Position numbers and translations under genes: made by a program
In this document: positions 24,671-35,420 of the stretch, in pieces
Layout of the letters: each line of letters starts with the position of its first letter
Position numbering within the stretch: position 1 is the stretch's first letter
Notes under the pieces: generated by a model
Seen by the model: only the letters and a program-made list of their open reading frames with translations
What the model was told of the DNA's origin: nothing
Databases searched by the model: none
NCBI RefSeq assembly: GCF_030013595.1
Contig: NZ_CP122768.1
DNA from: Escherichia coli
Lineage (GTDB): Bacteria; Pseudomonadota; Gammaproteobacteria; Enterobacterales; Enterobacteriaceae
Direction: 5' to 3' (one strand)
DNA: 64,000 nt

Positions 24671-27600
24671 ATGATTACTATTGACGGTAATGGCGCGGTT
24701 GCTTCGGTGGCGTTTCGCACCAGTGAAGTTATCGCCATCTACCCTATTACCCCCAGTTCCACAATGGCAGAACAGGCTGATGCCTGGGCCGGAAACGGCT
24801 TGAAGAACGTTTGGGGAGACACACCACGCGTGGTTGAAATGCAGTCGGAAGCGGGTGCTATCGCTACCGTGCATGGCGCTTTGCAGACGGGTGCCCTTTC
24901 AACATCGTTTACGTCATCGCAGGGTTTGCTGCTGATGATCCCGACGCTGTACAAACTGGCAGGCGAACTGACGCCATTTGTCCTGCATGTAGCGGCACGT
25001 ACCGTTGCCACACATGCACTCTCTATTTTTGGCGATCATTCCGACGTTATGGCGGTGCGCCAGACGGGTTGCGCGATGTTGTGTGCGGCTAACGTCCAGG
25101 AAGCGCAAGACTTTGCTCTCATTTCGCACATCGCAACGCTGAAGAGCCGCGTGCCATTTATTCATTTCTTTGATGGTTTCCGCACGTCCCACGAAATCAA
25201 TAAAATTGTCCCGCTGGCCGATGACACTATTCTTGATCTCATGCCGCAGGCCGAAATTGATGCTCATCGCGCCCGGGCGCTCAACCCGGAACATCCGGTG
25301 ATCCGCGGTACGTCCGCCAATCCTGACACTTATTTCCAGTCTCGCGAAGCCACCAACCCGTGGTACAACGCAGTTTACGACCATGTTGAACAGGCGATGA
25401 ATGATTTCGCTGCCGCGACAGGTCGTCAGTATCAGCCGTTTGAGTATTACGGGCATCCGCAAGCGGAACGGGTGATTATCCTGATGGACTCTGCCATTGG
25501 CACCTGTGAAGAAGTCGTTGATGAATTGCTAACCCGTGGCGAAAAAGTCGGCGTGCTGAAAGTTCGCCTGTACCGTCCCTTCTCCGCCAAACACTTGCTA
25601 CAAGCTCTGCCGGGATCCGTACGCAGCGTGGCGGTACTGGACAGAACCAAAGAACCCGGTGCCCAGGCTGAACCGCTCTATCTGGATGTGATGACCGCAC
25701 TGGCAGAAGCCTTTAATAATGGCGAGCGCGAAACCCTGCCCCGTGTCATTGGTGGGCGCTATGGTCTTTCATCCAAAGAATTTGGCCCGGACTGTGTACT
25801 GGCGGTATTTGCCGAGCTCAACGCGGCTAAACCGAAAGCGCGCTTTACGGTTGGTATTTACGATGATGTGACCAATCTGTCACTGCCGTTGCCGGAAAAC
25901 ACCCTGCCAAACTCGGCGAAACTTGAAGCCTTGTTTTATGGCCTTGGTAGTGATGGCAGCGTTTCCGCGACCAAAAACAATATCAAGATTATCGGTAATT
26001 CCACGCCGTGGTACGCACAGGGCTATTTTGTTTACGACTCCAAAAAGGCGGGCGGCCTGACGGTTTCTCACCTTCGCGTGAGCGAGCAGCCGATTCGTTC
26101 CGCTTATCTGATTTCCCAGGCTGATTTTGTTGGCTGCCACCAGTTGCAGTTTATTGATAAATATCAGATGGCTGAACGTTTAAAACCTGGCGGCATTTTC
26201 CTGCTCAACACACCGTACAGCGCAGATGAAGTATGGTCGCGCTTGCCGCAGGAAGTTCAGGCCGTGTTAAACCAGAAAAAGGCGCGCTTCTATGTGATTA
26301 ACGCGGCGAAAATCGCCCGCGAATGTGGCCTGGCGGCCCGTATTAATACCGTCATGCAGATGGCTTTTTTCCATCTGACGCAAATTCTGCCTGGCGATAG
26401 CGCCCTCGCAGAATTGCAGGGTGCGATTGCCAAAAGTTACAGTAGCAAAGGTCAGGATCTGGTGGAGCGCAACTGGCAGGCTCTGGCGCTGGCGCGTGAA
26501 TCCGTAGAAGAAGTTCCGTTGCAGCCGGTTAATCCGCACAGCGCCAATCGACCGCCTGTGGTTTCCGATGCCGCTCCTGATTTCGTGAAAACCGTTACCG
26601 CGGCGATGCTCGCCGGGCTTGGTGATGCCCTCCCCGTTTCGGCGCTGCCGCCAGACGGCACCTGGCCGATGGGCACCACGCGCTGGGAAAAACGCAATAT
26701 CGCCGAAGAGATCCCCATCTGGAAAGAGGAACTCTGTACCCAATGTAACCACTGCGTCGCCGCTTGCCCACACTCAGCTATTCGCGCAAAAGTGGTACCG
26801 CCTGAAGCGATGGAAAACGCCCCTGCCAGCCTGCATTCGCTGGATGTGAAATCGCGTGATATGCGCGGGCAGAAATATGTCTTGCAGGTGGCACCGGAAG
26901 ATTGCACCGGTTGTAACCTGTGCGTCGAAGTTTGCCCGGCGAAAGACCGTCAGAATCCAGAGATTAAAGCCATCAATATGATGTCGCGGCTGGAACATGT
27001 CGAAGAAGAGAAAATCAATTACGATTTCTTCCTCAACCTGCCAGAAATCGACCGTAGCAAACTGGAACGTATTGATATTCGTACATCGCAGCTGATTACA
27101 CCGCTGTTTGAATATTCCGGTGCTTGCTCCGGTTGTGGCGAGACGCCGTATATTAAATTGCTGACTCAGCTCTATGGCGACCGGATGTTGATCGCTAACG
27201 CCACCGGCTGTTCTTCAATTTATGGCGGTAACCTGCCCTCTACACCGTATACCACCGATACCAACGGTCGTGGACCGGCATGGGCGAACTCGCTGTTTGA
27301 AGATAACGCCGAATTTGGCCTTGGTTTCCGCCTGACGGTCGATCAACACCGTGTCCGCGTGCTGCGTCTGCTGGATCAATTTGCCGATAAAATCCCGGCG
27401 GAATTACTAACTGCGTTGAAATCAGACGCCAAGCCAGAGGTTCGTCGTGAACAGGTTGCAGCTTTACGCCAGCAACTCAACGATGTTGCCGAAGCACATG
27501 AACTGCTACGTGACGCAGATGCACTGGTAGAAAAATCAATCTGGCTGATTGGTGGCGACGGCTGGGCTTACGATATCGGCTTTGGCGGTCTGGATCATGT

Positions 27601-28195
27601 ATTGAGTTTGACCGAAAACGTCAACATTCTGGTGCTGGATACGCAATGCTATTCCAATACCGGTGGTCAGGCGTCGAAAGCGACACCGCTGGGTGCAGTA
27701 ACTAAGTTTGGCGAGCATGGCAAACGTAAAGCGCGTAAAGATCTTGGCGTCAGTATGATGATGTACGGTCATGTTTATGTGGCGCAGATTTCTCTCGGCG
27801 CGCAGCTCAACCAGACGGTGAAAGCGATTCAGGAAGCGGAAGCGTATCCGGGGCCATCGCTGATCATCGCTTATAGCCCGTGTGAAGAGCATGGTTACGA
27901 TCTGGCACTCAGCCACGATCAGATGCGCCAACTCACTGCCACCGGCTTCTGGCCGCTATATCGCTTCGATCCACGTCGAGCCGATGAAGGCAAACTGCCG
28001 CTGGCACTGGATTCACGCCCGCCGTCAGAAGCACTGGAAGAAACGTTACTTCATGAGCAACGTTTCCGTCGTCTGAATTCGCAGCAGCCAGAAGTGGCAG
28101 AACAGTTATGGAAAGATGCTGCAGCTGATTTGCAAAAACGCTATGACTTCCTGGCACAAATGGCCGGAAAAGCGGAAAAAAGCAACACCGATTAA
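24671..28195 (+). CDS. pfo: pyruvate:flavodoxin/ferredoxin oxidoreductase
   Basis: 1174-aa ORF; two 4Fe-4S ferredoxin Cys clusters (CTQCNHCVAACP, CTGCNLCVEVCP) and TPP-binding region (GGDGWAYDIG). Confidence 0.95.
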   Translation: MITIDGNGAVASVAFRTSEVIAIYPITPSSTMAEQADAWAGNGLKNVWGDTPRVVEMQSEAGAIATVHGALQTGALSTSFTSSQGLLLMIPTLYKLAGELTPFVLHVAARTVATHALSIFGDHSDVMAVRQTGCAMLCAANVQEAQDFALISHIATLKSRVPFIHFFDGFRTSHEINKIVPLADDTILDLMPQAEIDAHRARALNPEHPVIRGTSANPDTYFQSREATNPWYNAVYDHVEQAMNDFAAATGRQYQPFEYYGHPQAERVIILMDSAIGTCEEVVDELLTRGEKVGVLKVRLYRPFSAKHLLQALPGSVRSVAVLDRTKEPGAQAEPLYLDVMTALAEAFNNGERETLPRVIGGRYGLSSKEFGPDCVLAVFAELNAAKPKARFTVGIYDDVTNLSLPLPENTLPNSAKLEALFYGLGSDGSVSATKNNIKIIGNSTPWYAQGYFVYDSKKAGGLTVSHLRVSEQPIRSAYLISQADFVGCHQLQFIDKYQMAERLKPGGIFLLNTPYSADEVWSRLPQEVQAVLNQKKARFYVINAAKIARECGLAARINTVMQMAFFHLTQILPGDSALAELQGAIAKSYSSKGQDLVERNWQALALARESVEEVPLQPVNPHSANRPPVVSDAAPDFVKTVTAAMLAGLGDALPVSALPPDGTWPMGTTRWEKRNIAEEIPIWKEELCTQCNHCVAACPHSAIRAKVVPPEAMENAPASLHSLDVKSRDMRGQKYVLQVAPEDCTGCNLCVEVCPAKDRQNPEIKAINMMSRLEHVEEEKINYDFFLNLPEIDRSKLERIDIRTSQLITPLFEYSGACSGCGETPYIKLLTQLYGDRMLIANATGCSSIYGGNLPSTPYTTDTNGRGPAWANSLFEDNAEFGLGFRLTVDQHRVRVLRLLDQFADKIPAELLTALKSDAKPEVRREQVAALRQQLNDVAEAHELLRDADALVEKSIWLIGGDGWAYDIGFGGLDHVLSLTENVNILVLDTQCYSNTGGQASKATPLGAVTKFGEHGKRKARKDLGVSMMMYGHVYVAQISLGAQLNQTVKAIQEAEAYPGPSLIIAYSPCEEHGYDLALSHDQMRQLTATGFWPLYRFDPRRADEGKLPLALDSRPPSEALEETLLHEQRFRRLNSQQPEVAEQLWKDAAADLQKRYDFLAQMAGKAEKSNTD

Positions 28196-28221
28196 ATGCT
28201 CTGGATAAGAATTATCCAATT

Positions 28222-28328
28222 CTAAAAAAAAGCCCGAACGACTGTTCGGGCTTGTCTCATTATTTGTTGGATAAACAGTAACAAGGGTCCAACAGAAAAT
28301 AATCTTTGTGACAATAAAGGCATATAAC
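28222..28328 (-). ncRNA. micC: MicC small regulatory RNA (Hfq-dependent, represses ompC)
   Basis: Minus-strand sequence GTTATATGCCTTTATTGTCAC...AAGCCCGAACAGTCGTTCGGGCTTTTTTTT matches the recalled MicC sequence, including its terminator; located between pfo and ompN as in K-12. Confidence 0.8.
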
Positions 28329-28555
28329 CCGCGAAGAATAACGTATAGCAAATTAAAAGTATAATTTTTATTTTGTATGTATTATCTTCGATACATTCAC
28401 CAGACTTATTATCATTTCAGAAGAATTATTTGATTAAGGTTTTACTTAAGGCGTAACAAATGATATTTATCGGCTAACTGAACTTCTCCTTTAGGATGTT
28501 TTCACTCCCCGAAATGGGGATAAAAGGCAAATAAAATAACTAAAGGATTTATTCA

Positions 28556-29689
28556 ATGAAAAGCAAAGTACTGGCACTTTTAATTCCTGCCCTGCTCGCC
28601 GCAGGTGCTGCACATGCAGCCGAAGTTTATAATAAAGACGGCAACAAATTAGATCTGTATGGCAAAGTTGATGGCCTGCATTATTTTTCTGATAATTCAG
28701 CGAAAGATGGTGACCAGAGCTATGCGCGTCTGGGTTTTAAAGGCGAAACCCAAATTAACGATCAACTCACTGGCTACGGTCAATGGGAATACAATATTCA
28801 GGCAAACAACACTGAATCCTCAAAAAACCAGTCATGGACCCGTCTGGCATTTGCCGGATTGAAATTTGCAGATTACGGTTCTTTCGATTACGGACGTAAT
28901 TATGGCGTAATGTACGACATCGAAGGCTGGACCGATATGCTGCCTGAATTTGGCGGTGACTCTTATACCAATGCAGACAACTTTATGACTGGTCGTGCCA
29001 ATGGCGTCGCGACTTATCGTAATACTGATTTCTTCGGTCTGGTAAATGGTCTGAACTTCGCGGTGCAGTATCAAGGTAACAACGAAGGTGCCAGTAATGG
29101 TCAGGAAGGCACCAACAACGGACGTGATGTTCGCCATGAAAACGGTGACGGCTGGGGTCTTTCCACAACATATGATTTAGGCATGGGCTTTAGCGCTGGT
29201 GCGGCATACACCTCTTCTGACCGCACCAATGACCAGGTTAACCATACTGCGGCGGGTGGTGATAAAGCAGACGCGTGGACTGCTGGGCTAAAATACGATG
29301 CTAACAATATTTACCTGGCAACCATGTATTCAGAAACGCGTAATATGACCCCGTTTGGCGACAGCGATTATGCTGTTGCTAACAAAACCCAGAACTTTGA
29401 AGTTACTGCACAGTACCAGTTTGATTTTGGTCTGCGTCCGGCAGTCTCTTTCCTGATGTCTAAAGGCCGTGACCTGCACGCTGCCGGTGGTGCAGACAAC
29501 CCGGCAGGTGTTGATGATAAAGATCTGGTTAAATACGCCGATGTTGGCGCGACTTACTATTTCAACAAAAATATGTCCACCTACGTTGACTATAAAATCA
29601 ACCTGTTGGATGAAGATGACAGCTTCTACGCTGCCAACGGCATCTCTACCGATGATATTGTCGCTTTAGGTCTGGTTTATCAGTTCTAA
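28556..29689 (+). CDS. ompN: outer-membrane porin OmpN (OmpC/F family)
   Basis: 377-aa ORF with signal peptide, C-terminal ...LGLVYQF porin signature. Confidence 0.9.
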   Translation: MKSKVLALLIPALLAAGAAHAAEVYNKDGNKLDLYGKVDGLHYFSDNSAKDGDQSYARLGFKGETQINDQLTGYGQWEYNIQANNTESSKNQSWTRLAFAGLKFADYGSFDYGRNYGVMYDIEGWTDMLPEFGGDSYTNADNFMTGRANGVATYRNTDFFGLVNGLNFAVQYQGNNEGASNGQEGTNNGRDVRHENGDGWGLSTTYDLGMGFSAGAAYTSSDRTNDQVNHTAAGGDKADAWTAGLKYDANNIYLATMYSETRNMTPFGDSDYAVANKTQNFEVTAQYQFDFGLRPAVSFLMSKGRDLHAAGGADNPAGVDDKDLVKYADVGATYYFNKNMSTYVDYKINLLDEDDSFYAANGISTDDIVALGLVYQF

Positions 29690-29698
29690 ATCCTCCTG

Positions 29699-29722
29699 CC
29701 CGCTGTTATGGCGGGCTTTTTC
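29699..29722 (+). terminator. rho-independent terminator of ompN
   Basis: gcccgc-tgttatg-gcgggc followed by TTTTT. Confidence 0.6.
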
Positions 29723-29748
29723 TGCTTATTCTTCCTCCTTTGATCTAA

Positions 29749-30264
<516 letters not shown>

Positions 30265-30271
30265 CACTAAC

Positions 30272-30296
30272 GCCCGCACATTGCTGCGGGCTTTTT
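30272..30296 (+). terminator. rho-independent terminator of uspF
   Basis: gcccgcacattgctgcgggc followed by TTTTT. Confidence 0.6.
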
Positions 30297-30439
30297 GATT
30301 CATTTCGCAAATGTGCTGACATTTTCCCCTCTAATCCGTACCATACACGCCACAGTTTTTATATCAGATTTCTTATGCTGGGCGTTCCGGCATGACGCAT
30401 ACTCTTCTGATGCCATATAACGAATTGAGTCGCTTTTAA

Positions 30440-30493
30440 ATGTCGCAAAATCAAGAAATTAGTAAGAAAGAACAATACAACCTGAACAAGTAA
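30440..30493 (+). pseudogene. ttcA: 5' fragment of ttcA (tRNA 2-thiocytidine synthase), cut by prophage integration
   Basis: Hand-translated MSQNQEISKKEQYNLNK then stop; matches the recalled TtcA N-terminus, after which the frame is lost; ttcA is the integration target of the K-12 Rac prophage. Confidence 0.7.
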
Positions 30494-30590
30494 GGGCAAA
30501 AATCACAACTATCTGACGCATAATAATTTTATTTATTTTTCAATACGTTAAGCAACATCAACAACTACAATAAGCTACGATAACCCACTC

Positions 30591-30645
30591 TTTTTTTGCC
30601 CCATTTTTGCCCCTTTTGCGGCTTTTTGCCCCATTTTTGCCACTA
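30591..30645. repeat. five tandem ~10-bp direct repeats, consensus TTTTTGCCCC(A)
   Basis: tttttgcccca/tttttgcccc/ttttgcggc/tttttgcccca/tttttgccac read directly; about 100 bp inside the prophage end. Confidence 0.5.
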
Positions 30646-30803
30646 AAAAAATCCTAAAACACCCAATCCGTGAACTGCAATTGGCACCCATGAATACTTT
30701 CCAATAGAATCTGTATCGGCTGGAAATCATTCAATACTCGCACTATCGAAAGTTATCCAGCCAGCCGCGGTACGTTCTTGCATACGACGTGCCGCGGCTT
30801 CTG

Positions 30804-31370
30804 TTATTCCACTACAAAATTCCTAACCGACCTCAAATCCTCCAGACTGCTCAGTTCCTCTTTCATCTCCCGCTGACGCCGATAAATCTCATCGTTGCGA
30901 TCGACCTGTGCCTGCACCATTGCAGTAAGCAGCTCATCCAGTTTCTGCATCGACAGTTTCACCTGTTGATTATCGGCATCACCCCACGCAAGGGTGGTTC
31001 GTGCCGTATCGGATTTCGCCGCCATTACTACCGGATAAAGACGGGCCATTGAGTCGGGGCCAGCATTCCAGGTACGACCGTTCCATTCGAACGTGAACGG
31101 CTGCGCTTCCTGTTCTGCACGCCAGGCGTTGATTTCCTGGCGTTTAGCGGCTTTTGCCGCTGCGATAAGTTCCGGCGTGACGGTGAACGGGGCGATTTCG
31201 CCCCATTTGCCGCTTTGTAACTCTTCCCAGATACGCTGACCTGTTGTTGCCGTGTCTTCTGGTGTGGCGGTGTACGGAACGGGGGCTTCCATACCCTCAA
31301 ACAGAACATCGCAGTCAATCGCACCGGATTCGGTATAACGGGGACTGGTAATCTCTTTTATCTGCATCAT
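30804..31370 (-). CDS. tail fibre assembly protein (Tfa chaperone)
   Basis: 188-aa ORF directly downstream of, and overlapping, a side-tail-fibre gene; typical Tfa size and placement. Confidence 0.7.
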   Translation of the reverse strand: MMQIKEITSPRYTESGAIDCDVLFEGMEAPVPYTATPEDTATTGQRIWEELQSGKWGEIAPFTVTPELIAAAKAAKRQEINAWRAEQEAQPFTFEWNGRTWNAGPDSMARLYPVVMAAKSDTARTTLAWGDADNQQVKLSMQKLDELLTAMVQAQVDRNDEIYRRQREMKEELSSLEDLRSVRNFVVE

Positions 31371-33370
31371 GCAATCCTCACAAACAAAGAAACTAAGCCC
31401 CGGTTATAAAACTTAACATCCGGGCCGCCAGATAAAGCGACATATGTACCAGGCAGGGTACCCCCGTAGACAAATGACCTCGCAGCAGCACTAAATCCTG
31501 ACGTGCGATACTCCGCTTCAAAGACCACCTGCCGGAGTCTTGAGCCTGACACGCCTTGTGCACGAAGTAACGTAACCTCACTGCTGCCATCGTCCGGTAG
31601 GTATGCAGCAAGAACCAGGCCTCCGGGGAACGGAGGACGCTTTGATGTATTTTCTGTTGCATACAACAGTTGCATCAGGCTATTACGTGACCAGAACAAC
31701 CGCGACCATGCTTTTGGTAGGTCTGGCGGACGCATGGATTTTTTAACCAGTACCTGATATTTCGCAGGACCTTCACCGAATCCCCCATCGTATTCTGCAT
31801 CACCATGAAACGTTATCCACCGACGCGCTTCTGCTTCAATACCGGCAGAGTCAATTCCGTATCGTATGTCTATATCCACAAGTCCACGGAAATAAGGTTG
31901 CCCCATGTCATACGCAATGATGGGGTTATACGAAGTGTTAGTCCCTCCATATTGTGTTACCGCGTAACGCCCGGGGGTGACTTCGAACACCCATTTCAGA
32001 AATTCGGCAGGGCCATTTTGGGCGCTGAAATACACCACTTCCGACGAAGAGAACACATGCCCGTATCCGAACGCCCCCGGCAGAGCAAGACATCCTGCGG
32101 TTCTGTCATAAATATCGCTCTGAGCCTCCATTGTTGCGGCTGCTTTCAGTTCAAGCTCTGTGCGCATGGCTTCAGGCGTGTCCAGTACCAGTAATGCGCG
32201 GGCTTTTTCTGACAACGGAGACAGTGAAGCATTTCCGTCCTGATTAAAGTACAGAAGATTATCTGCCCGTTGCGTCAGTTCACTGAGTTCACTGATTGCT
32301 GTCAGCACATCGTTTAACGGTTGTTTACCTGCCAGCGCGTTAATGACCGTCGTTGAAAAGTTCGGGTCATTCCCCAGCGCCGCTGCCAGCTCGTTCAGTG
32401 TGTCCAGGGCTTCCGGTGACGAGTCAACCAGTGCGGCGAGAAGTTTGCGGACAAACGCCGCGTTCGCTGTTTCCAGACCGACTGCATCGTCCGGTGGGGT
32501 TGGTGTGGTTGGCGTACCCGTGAACGCCGGGCTGTCCAGTGGCGCTTTTGTTTTCGTCTCGTCCATGACGGTTTTGACAGCCTTTGGTGTGGCTGCCAGC
32601 TCTTCGCTGTCGTTGTCCGTATCACTACAGAGTTGCACCAGGCCTTTTTCTGTCGTGGAAGCATTGCTTCCCTTCAGGTCATCAACTATCCGTTGCGCCT
32701 CGTCCTTATGCTGTTTCGCGTTCTGCTCGCTTTTTGCTGCCGCTTCGGCGCTGGCTTTTGCCTCGCCGGTCAGCGTTGCAGCTTCACCGAGTTTATCGAC
32801 CGCTTTCTTGACTATCGTGTCGGCATCCTTGACGGCCTGCTCTGCGCGGGCGGCATCCTGTGTGGCAGATGATGCCAGCTGTGCCACCTGCTTTTTATCT
32901 TTGGCAACGGCTTCTGCATTCTGCTGTACGTTATCCGCCAGCGTCTCGCAGTCGCTCTTAATTTGTTGCGCATCAGCGACGTGTTGCCCGGCCTGTTGTT
33001 CGCTTTCCGCTGCCGCTTCCGCGCTCTGCTGCGCCTGCGCCACCATTTCCTCAAAGCGTTTCACCACGTCGGGTTTGAGGTCGCCTTCATCAAGGGCAGT
33101 CAGAAAGTCGTTCAGCGTACCGGGCCTGGAGTCGTCGTATACAGCAATGTCGCCAACACAGTACTCGTCGCGCCAGTCCTGCTTCAGATATACGCAATAT
33201 TTTCCGGTTTGCGCCTTAAAACAGTACTCGCCACAGTTTCCTGTCACCACGTCGGCAACTGTGCGCATCACCACTTCTGAGGTGTTTACCCGGGATTTCA
33301 GAATTATGTGGCATCCGGACATGGGGATGCCTGCGCCATCTATCAGCGCACCTGATATCACTACAGACAT
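31367..33370 (-). CDS. side tail fibre protein (lambda Stf / Rac StfR-like)
   Basis: N-terminus MSVVISGALIDGAGIPMSG...YDDSRPGTLNDFL and central LAATPKAVKTVMDETKTKAPLDSPAFTGTPTTPT...LNELAAALGNDPNFS match recalled prophage tail-fibre conserved regions; Ala/Gln/Glu-rich coiled-coil shaft. Confidence 0.8.
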   Translation of the reverse strand: MSVVISGALIDGAGIPMSGCHIILKSRVNTSEVVMRTVADVVTGNCGEYCFKAQTGKYCVYLKQDWRDEYCVGDIAVYDDSRPGTLNDFLTALDEGDLKPDVVKRFEEMVAQAQQSAEAAAESEQQAGQHVADAQQIKSDCETLADNVQQNAEAVAKDKKQVAQLASSATQDAARAEQAVKDADTIVKKAVDKLGEAATLTGEAKASAEAAAKSEQNAKQHKDEAQRIVDDLKGSNASTTEKGLVQLCSDTDNDSEELAATPKAVKTVMDETKTKAPLDSPAFTGTPTTPTPPDDAVGLETANAAFVRKLLAALVDSSPEALDTLNELAAALGNDPNFSTTVINALAGKQPLNDVLTAISELSELTQRADNLLYFNQDGNASLSPLSEKARALLVLDTPEAMRTELELKAAATMEAQSDIYDRTAGCLALPGAFGYGHVFSSSEVVYFSAQNGPAEFLKWVFEVTPGRYAVTQYGGTNTSYNPIIAYDMGQPYFRGLVDIDIRYGIDSAGIEAEARRWITFHGDAEYDGGFGEGPAKYQVLVKKSMRPPDLPKAWSRLFWSRNSLMQLLYATENTSKRPPFPGGLVLAAYLPDDGSSEVTLLRAQGVSGSRLRQVVFEAEYRTSGFSAAARSFVYGGTLPGTYVALSGGPDVKFYNRGLVSLFVRIA

Positions 33371-33393
33371 AGTTTTTCTCGCGATAAATTAAA

Positions 33394-33942
33394 TCAGGAA
33401 GAGGCTTCCGGAGAGACGGGCCATTCAATGGCGTTATATGAGGTTTTATCAGTGATAATGTTGAAATCCATCGCCTGCAGCGATTTCGCGTAAATGCGGT
33501 ACGCTTTCAGTTTCTCCCTGTCTTCGTCACTGATTAATCCCAGCAGCAGGTCTTTTTCCCATTCGCTGGTCATGATGCTGGCCTGTTTTAACAGTGCATC
33601 ACGCTCATCTTCCGCTTTAAGTTTGTAGTCAAAAACAAATTCATCATTGCGGTAGAACCAGTATCCCGACGCCTCAATGCGACGATTAGCGGTAATATCC
33701 GGCAACTCAATCACACTTTTATTTTCCGGGCAGATTGAGGTGATGTCTTTTCCGACCCAGACCACTTCGCCAGTTTCAACATAAATAACTTTCAGAGTGT
33801 CTGGCTGAAATTTTTCCTGGGCTTCGTGCCATTCCTGACCATCATCGGAGAACAGCCACAATAAAAATTTATGCTGTCGTGCCAGCTGGTATTGCTCAAT
33901 TGTTTTAGGGTTTTGTGCCGTAAGATTTTTTAAGTGCATCAT
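33394..33942 (-). CDS. tail fibre assembly protein (Tfa chaperone)
   Basis: Begins MMHLKNLTAQNPKTIEQYQL, the typical Tfa N-terminus (compare recalled K-12 TfaE MMHLKNITAGNPKTKEQYQL). Confidence 0.8.
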   Translation of the reverse strand: MMHLKNLTAQNPKTIEQYQLARQHKFLLWLFSDDGQEWHEAQEKFQPDTLKVIYVETGEVVWVGKDITSICPENKSVIELPDITANRRIEASGYWFYRNDEFVFDYKLKAEDERDALLKQASIMTSEWEKDLLLGLISDEDREKLKAYRIYAKSLQAMDFNIITDKTSYNAIEWPVSPEASS

Positions 33943-33944
33943 GA

Positions 33945-35420
33945 TTACAAACTCGCTACATTTCGCCAGACACCATTAATCAGAACCTGCACCGGGCGTG
34001 CATTGGCCCAGTCCACACTTTCACCGCCATCAACACCACTCAGTAAATGACCTGATGGCGCATTTCCTCCGCGTCCAATACCAATGGCACCTCCCAGACG
34101 CACATCCTGCACACCACCTGTTCTGGTCTGGTAACGGGCATCAAAATTTCCGTAGTTTGATGGAACCATCTGCCCGTTTACGGCAAACGTTATGCTGTTA
34201 TCCGTATTCCTCTGACTGTAAAAATGCCAGCCAGAATCATCACCAAGCTCTGCAACAACAGGCCTTGAGGAATTTCCCCATAGACTAAATCTTGCACTCT
34301 TCGTGGAAGAACTGTCACACGACAGCGTGAACTTTCTTAAATTGCCGGTCGAGAGATTTTCTAATGCCAGCACACCGTTTTTTGTAAAACGAAAGGCGTT
34401 GTGTCCCTCTGCAAACACATTAATAACACCGCGTCCGCCCCACTTAAAACCGGTATTGCTATCACAGAGCGTGAGTGATTTTTCACCCAGATTGTTCTCA
34501 TTACCGATGCCAATCCTGTCACCAATAACCACATCGCCCTGGCGCAGGTTAATGGAAATGGGCCGCAGTGGGCCAATATCGCCATTCTCGCCCTGACCTT
34601 CACTGGTAGGGATAAGGTGCAGGCACTCTTCCGAGCGACGAAAAATCAGGCCAAAAGCTTCGTTGAAAATCCTCAGTGCATTAACACCACGGATTTTTAG
34701 TTCTCCGGTCATCAAATCACCAGATTTTTTTACATATCGCAGATCAAAATCTGAATAGATATTGCCAGGGTTTATCACGCTGAAATAGCTTTTCTCGCTA
34801 TCAAGAAGACAAATTAAGGGAATGCCTTTAATGATATCGTTCGCTACCAGCTCGGACTTGTTCCCCTTATAAAGCGGGAACGTACCAAGAACCTTTCCGC
34901 CCAGTGTTAATTGAAGTGTCGCGGCATTGGTATTGTTCTGAACGGGGAAAACGATAATCGGGGTTCGTAGCGTCCAGTCTGTACCTCCATTAACAAAAAA
35001 CGTCGCGGGAAGCTCCAGAGTCAGCGCGTTTGCAGTGCCGCCAGCAACTCCCGCAATATAATGACCACTCTGAAGCTGCGCTATCTGTACGAAATGGTTT
35101 TCCGAACCACGCGTGGCAAAGTTAGCCACAACGTCATTAAGGGACCAACCTTTCGCGGTCGTTCCTTCCTGCCCACGAATGACTTTCAACACATCACCGC
35201 TTACCGATACCAGGTGACAAATCTCAAATGCAGACTCTTTATTATCGGTAAGCGTAATTTTTGCATAGACGCGTTGCCCGTTCGATTTATTTTCAAAATC
35301 GGCAGAAAGCAATTTTGCAAATTTAGCTCCCGTGCCCGGCATCACCGGAATATCAGTCTGAATCGTCGTGATATCGCCAGCCAGTGCTGAAACAACGTTA
35401 TTGCCAAATCCAAGAATCAT
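33945..35420 (-). CDS. tail fibre protein (distal/receptor-binding)
   Basis: 491-aa Gly/Asn/Ser-rich ORF directly upstream of a Tfa gene and downstream of baseplate genes. Confidence 0.6.
   Translation of the reverse strand: MILGFGNNVVSALAGDITTIQTDIPVMPGTGAKFAKLLSADFENKSNGQRVYAKITLTDNKESAFEICHLVSVSGDVLKVIRGQEGTTAKGWSLNDVVANFATRGSENHFVQIAQLQSGHYIAGVAGGTANALTLELPATFFVNGGTDWTLRTPIIVFPVQNNTNAATLQLTLGGKVLGTFPLYKGNKSELVANDIIKGIPLICLLDSEKSYFSVINPGNIYSDFDLRYVKKSGDLMTGELKIRGVNALRIFNEAFGLIFRRSEECLHLIPTSEGQGENGDIGPLRPISINLRQGDVVIGDRIGIGNENNLGEKSLTLCDSNTGFKWGGRGVINVFAEGHNAFRFTKNGVLALENLSTGNLRKFTLSCDSSSTKSARFSLWGNSSRPVVAELGDDSGWHFYSQRNTDNSITFAVNGQMVPSNYGNFDARYQTRTGGVQDVRLGGAIGIGRGGNAPSGHLLSGVDGGESVDWANARPVQVLINGVWRNVASL

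Noticed and set aside
24739-27931. Minus-strand ORFs inside pfo (for example 24914..25462, 26267..26773, 26452..26907, 27536..27931)
   Set aside because: Lie wholly within the pfo coding region on the opposite strand; products are Arg/Gly-rich low-complexity typical of GC-rich antisense frames.
30591-30645. Tandem TTTTTGCCCC repeats considered as a CRISPR array
   Set aside because: Repeat units are only ~10 bp, contiguous with no spacers, and there are no cas genes; kept as a repeat feature instead.
32343-33392. 349-aa plus-strand ORF rich in Ser/Ala/Cys opposite the side tail fibre gene
   Set aside because: Antisense of the Ala/Glu/Gln-rich coiled-coil region of the fibre; low-complexity composition is an artefact of that repeat.
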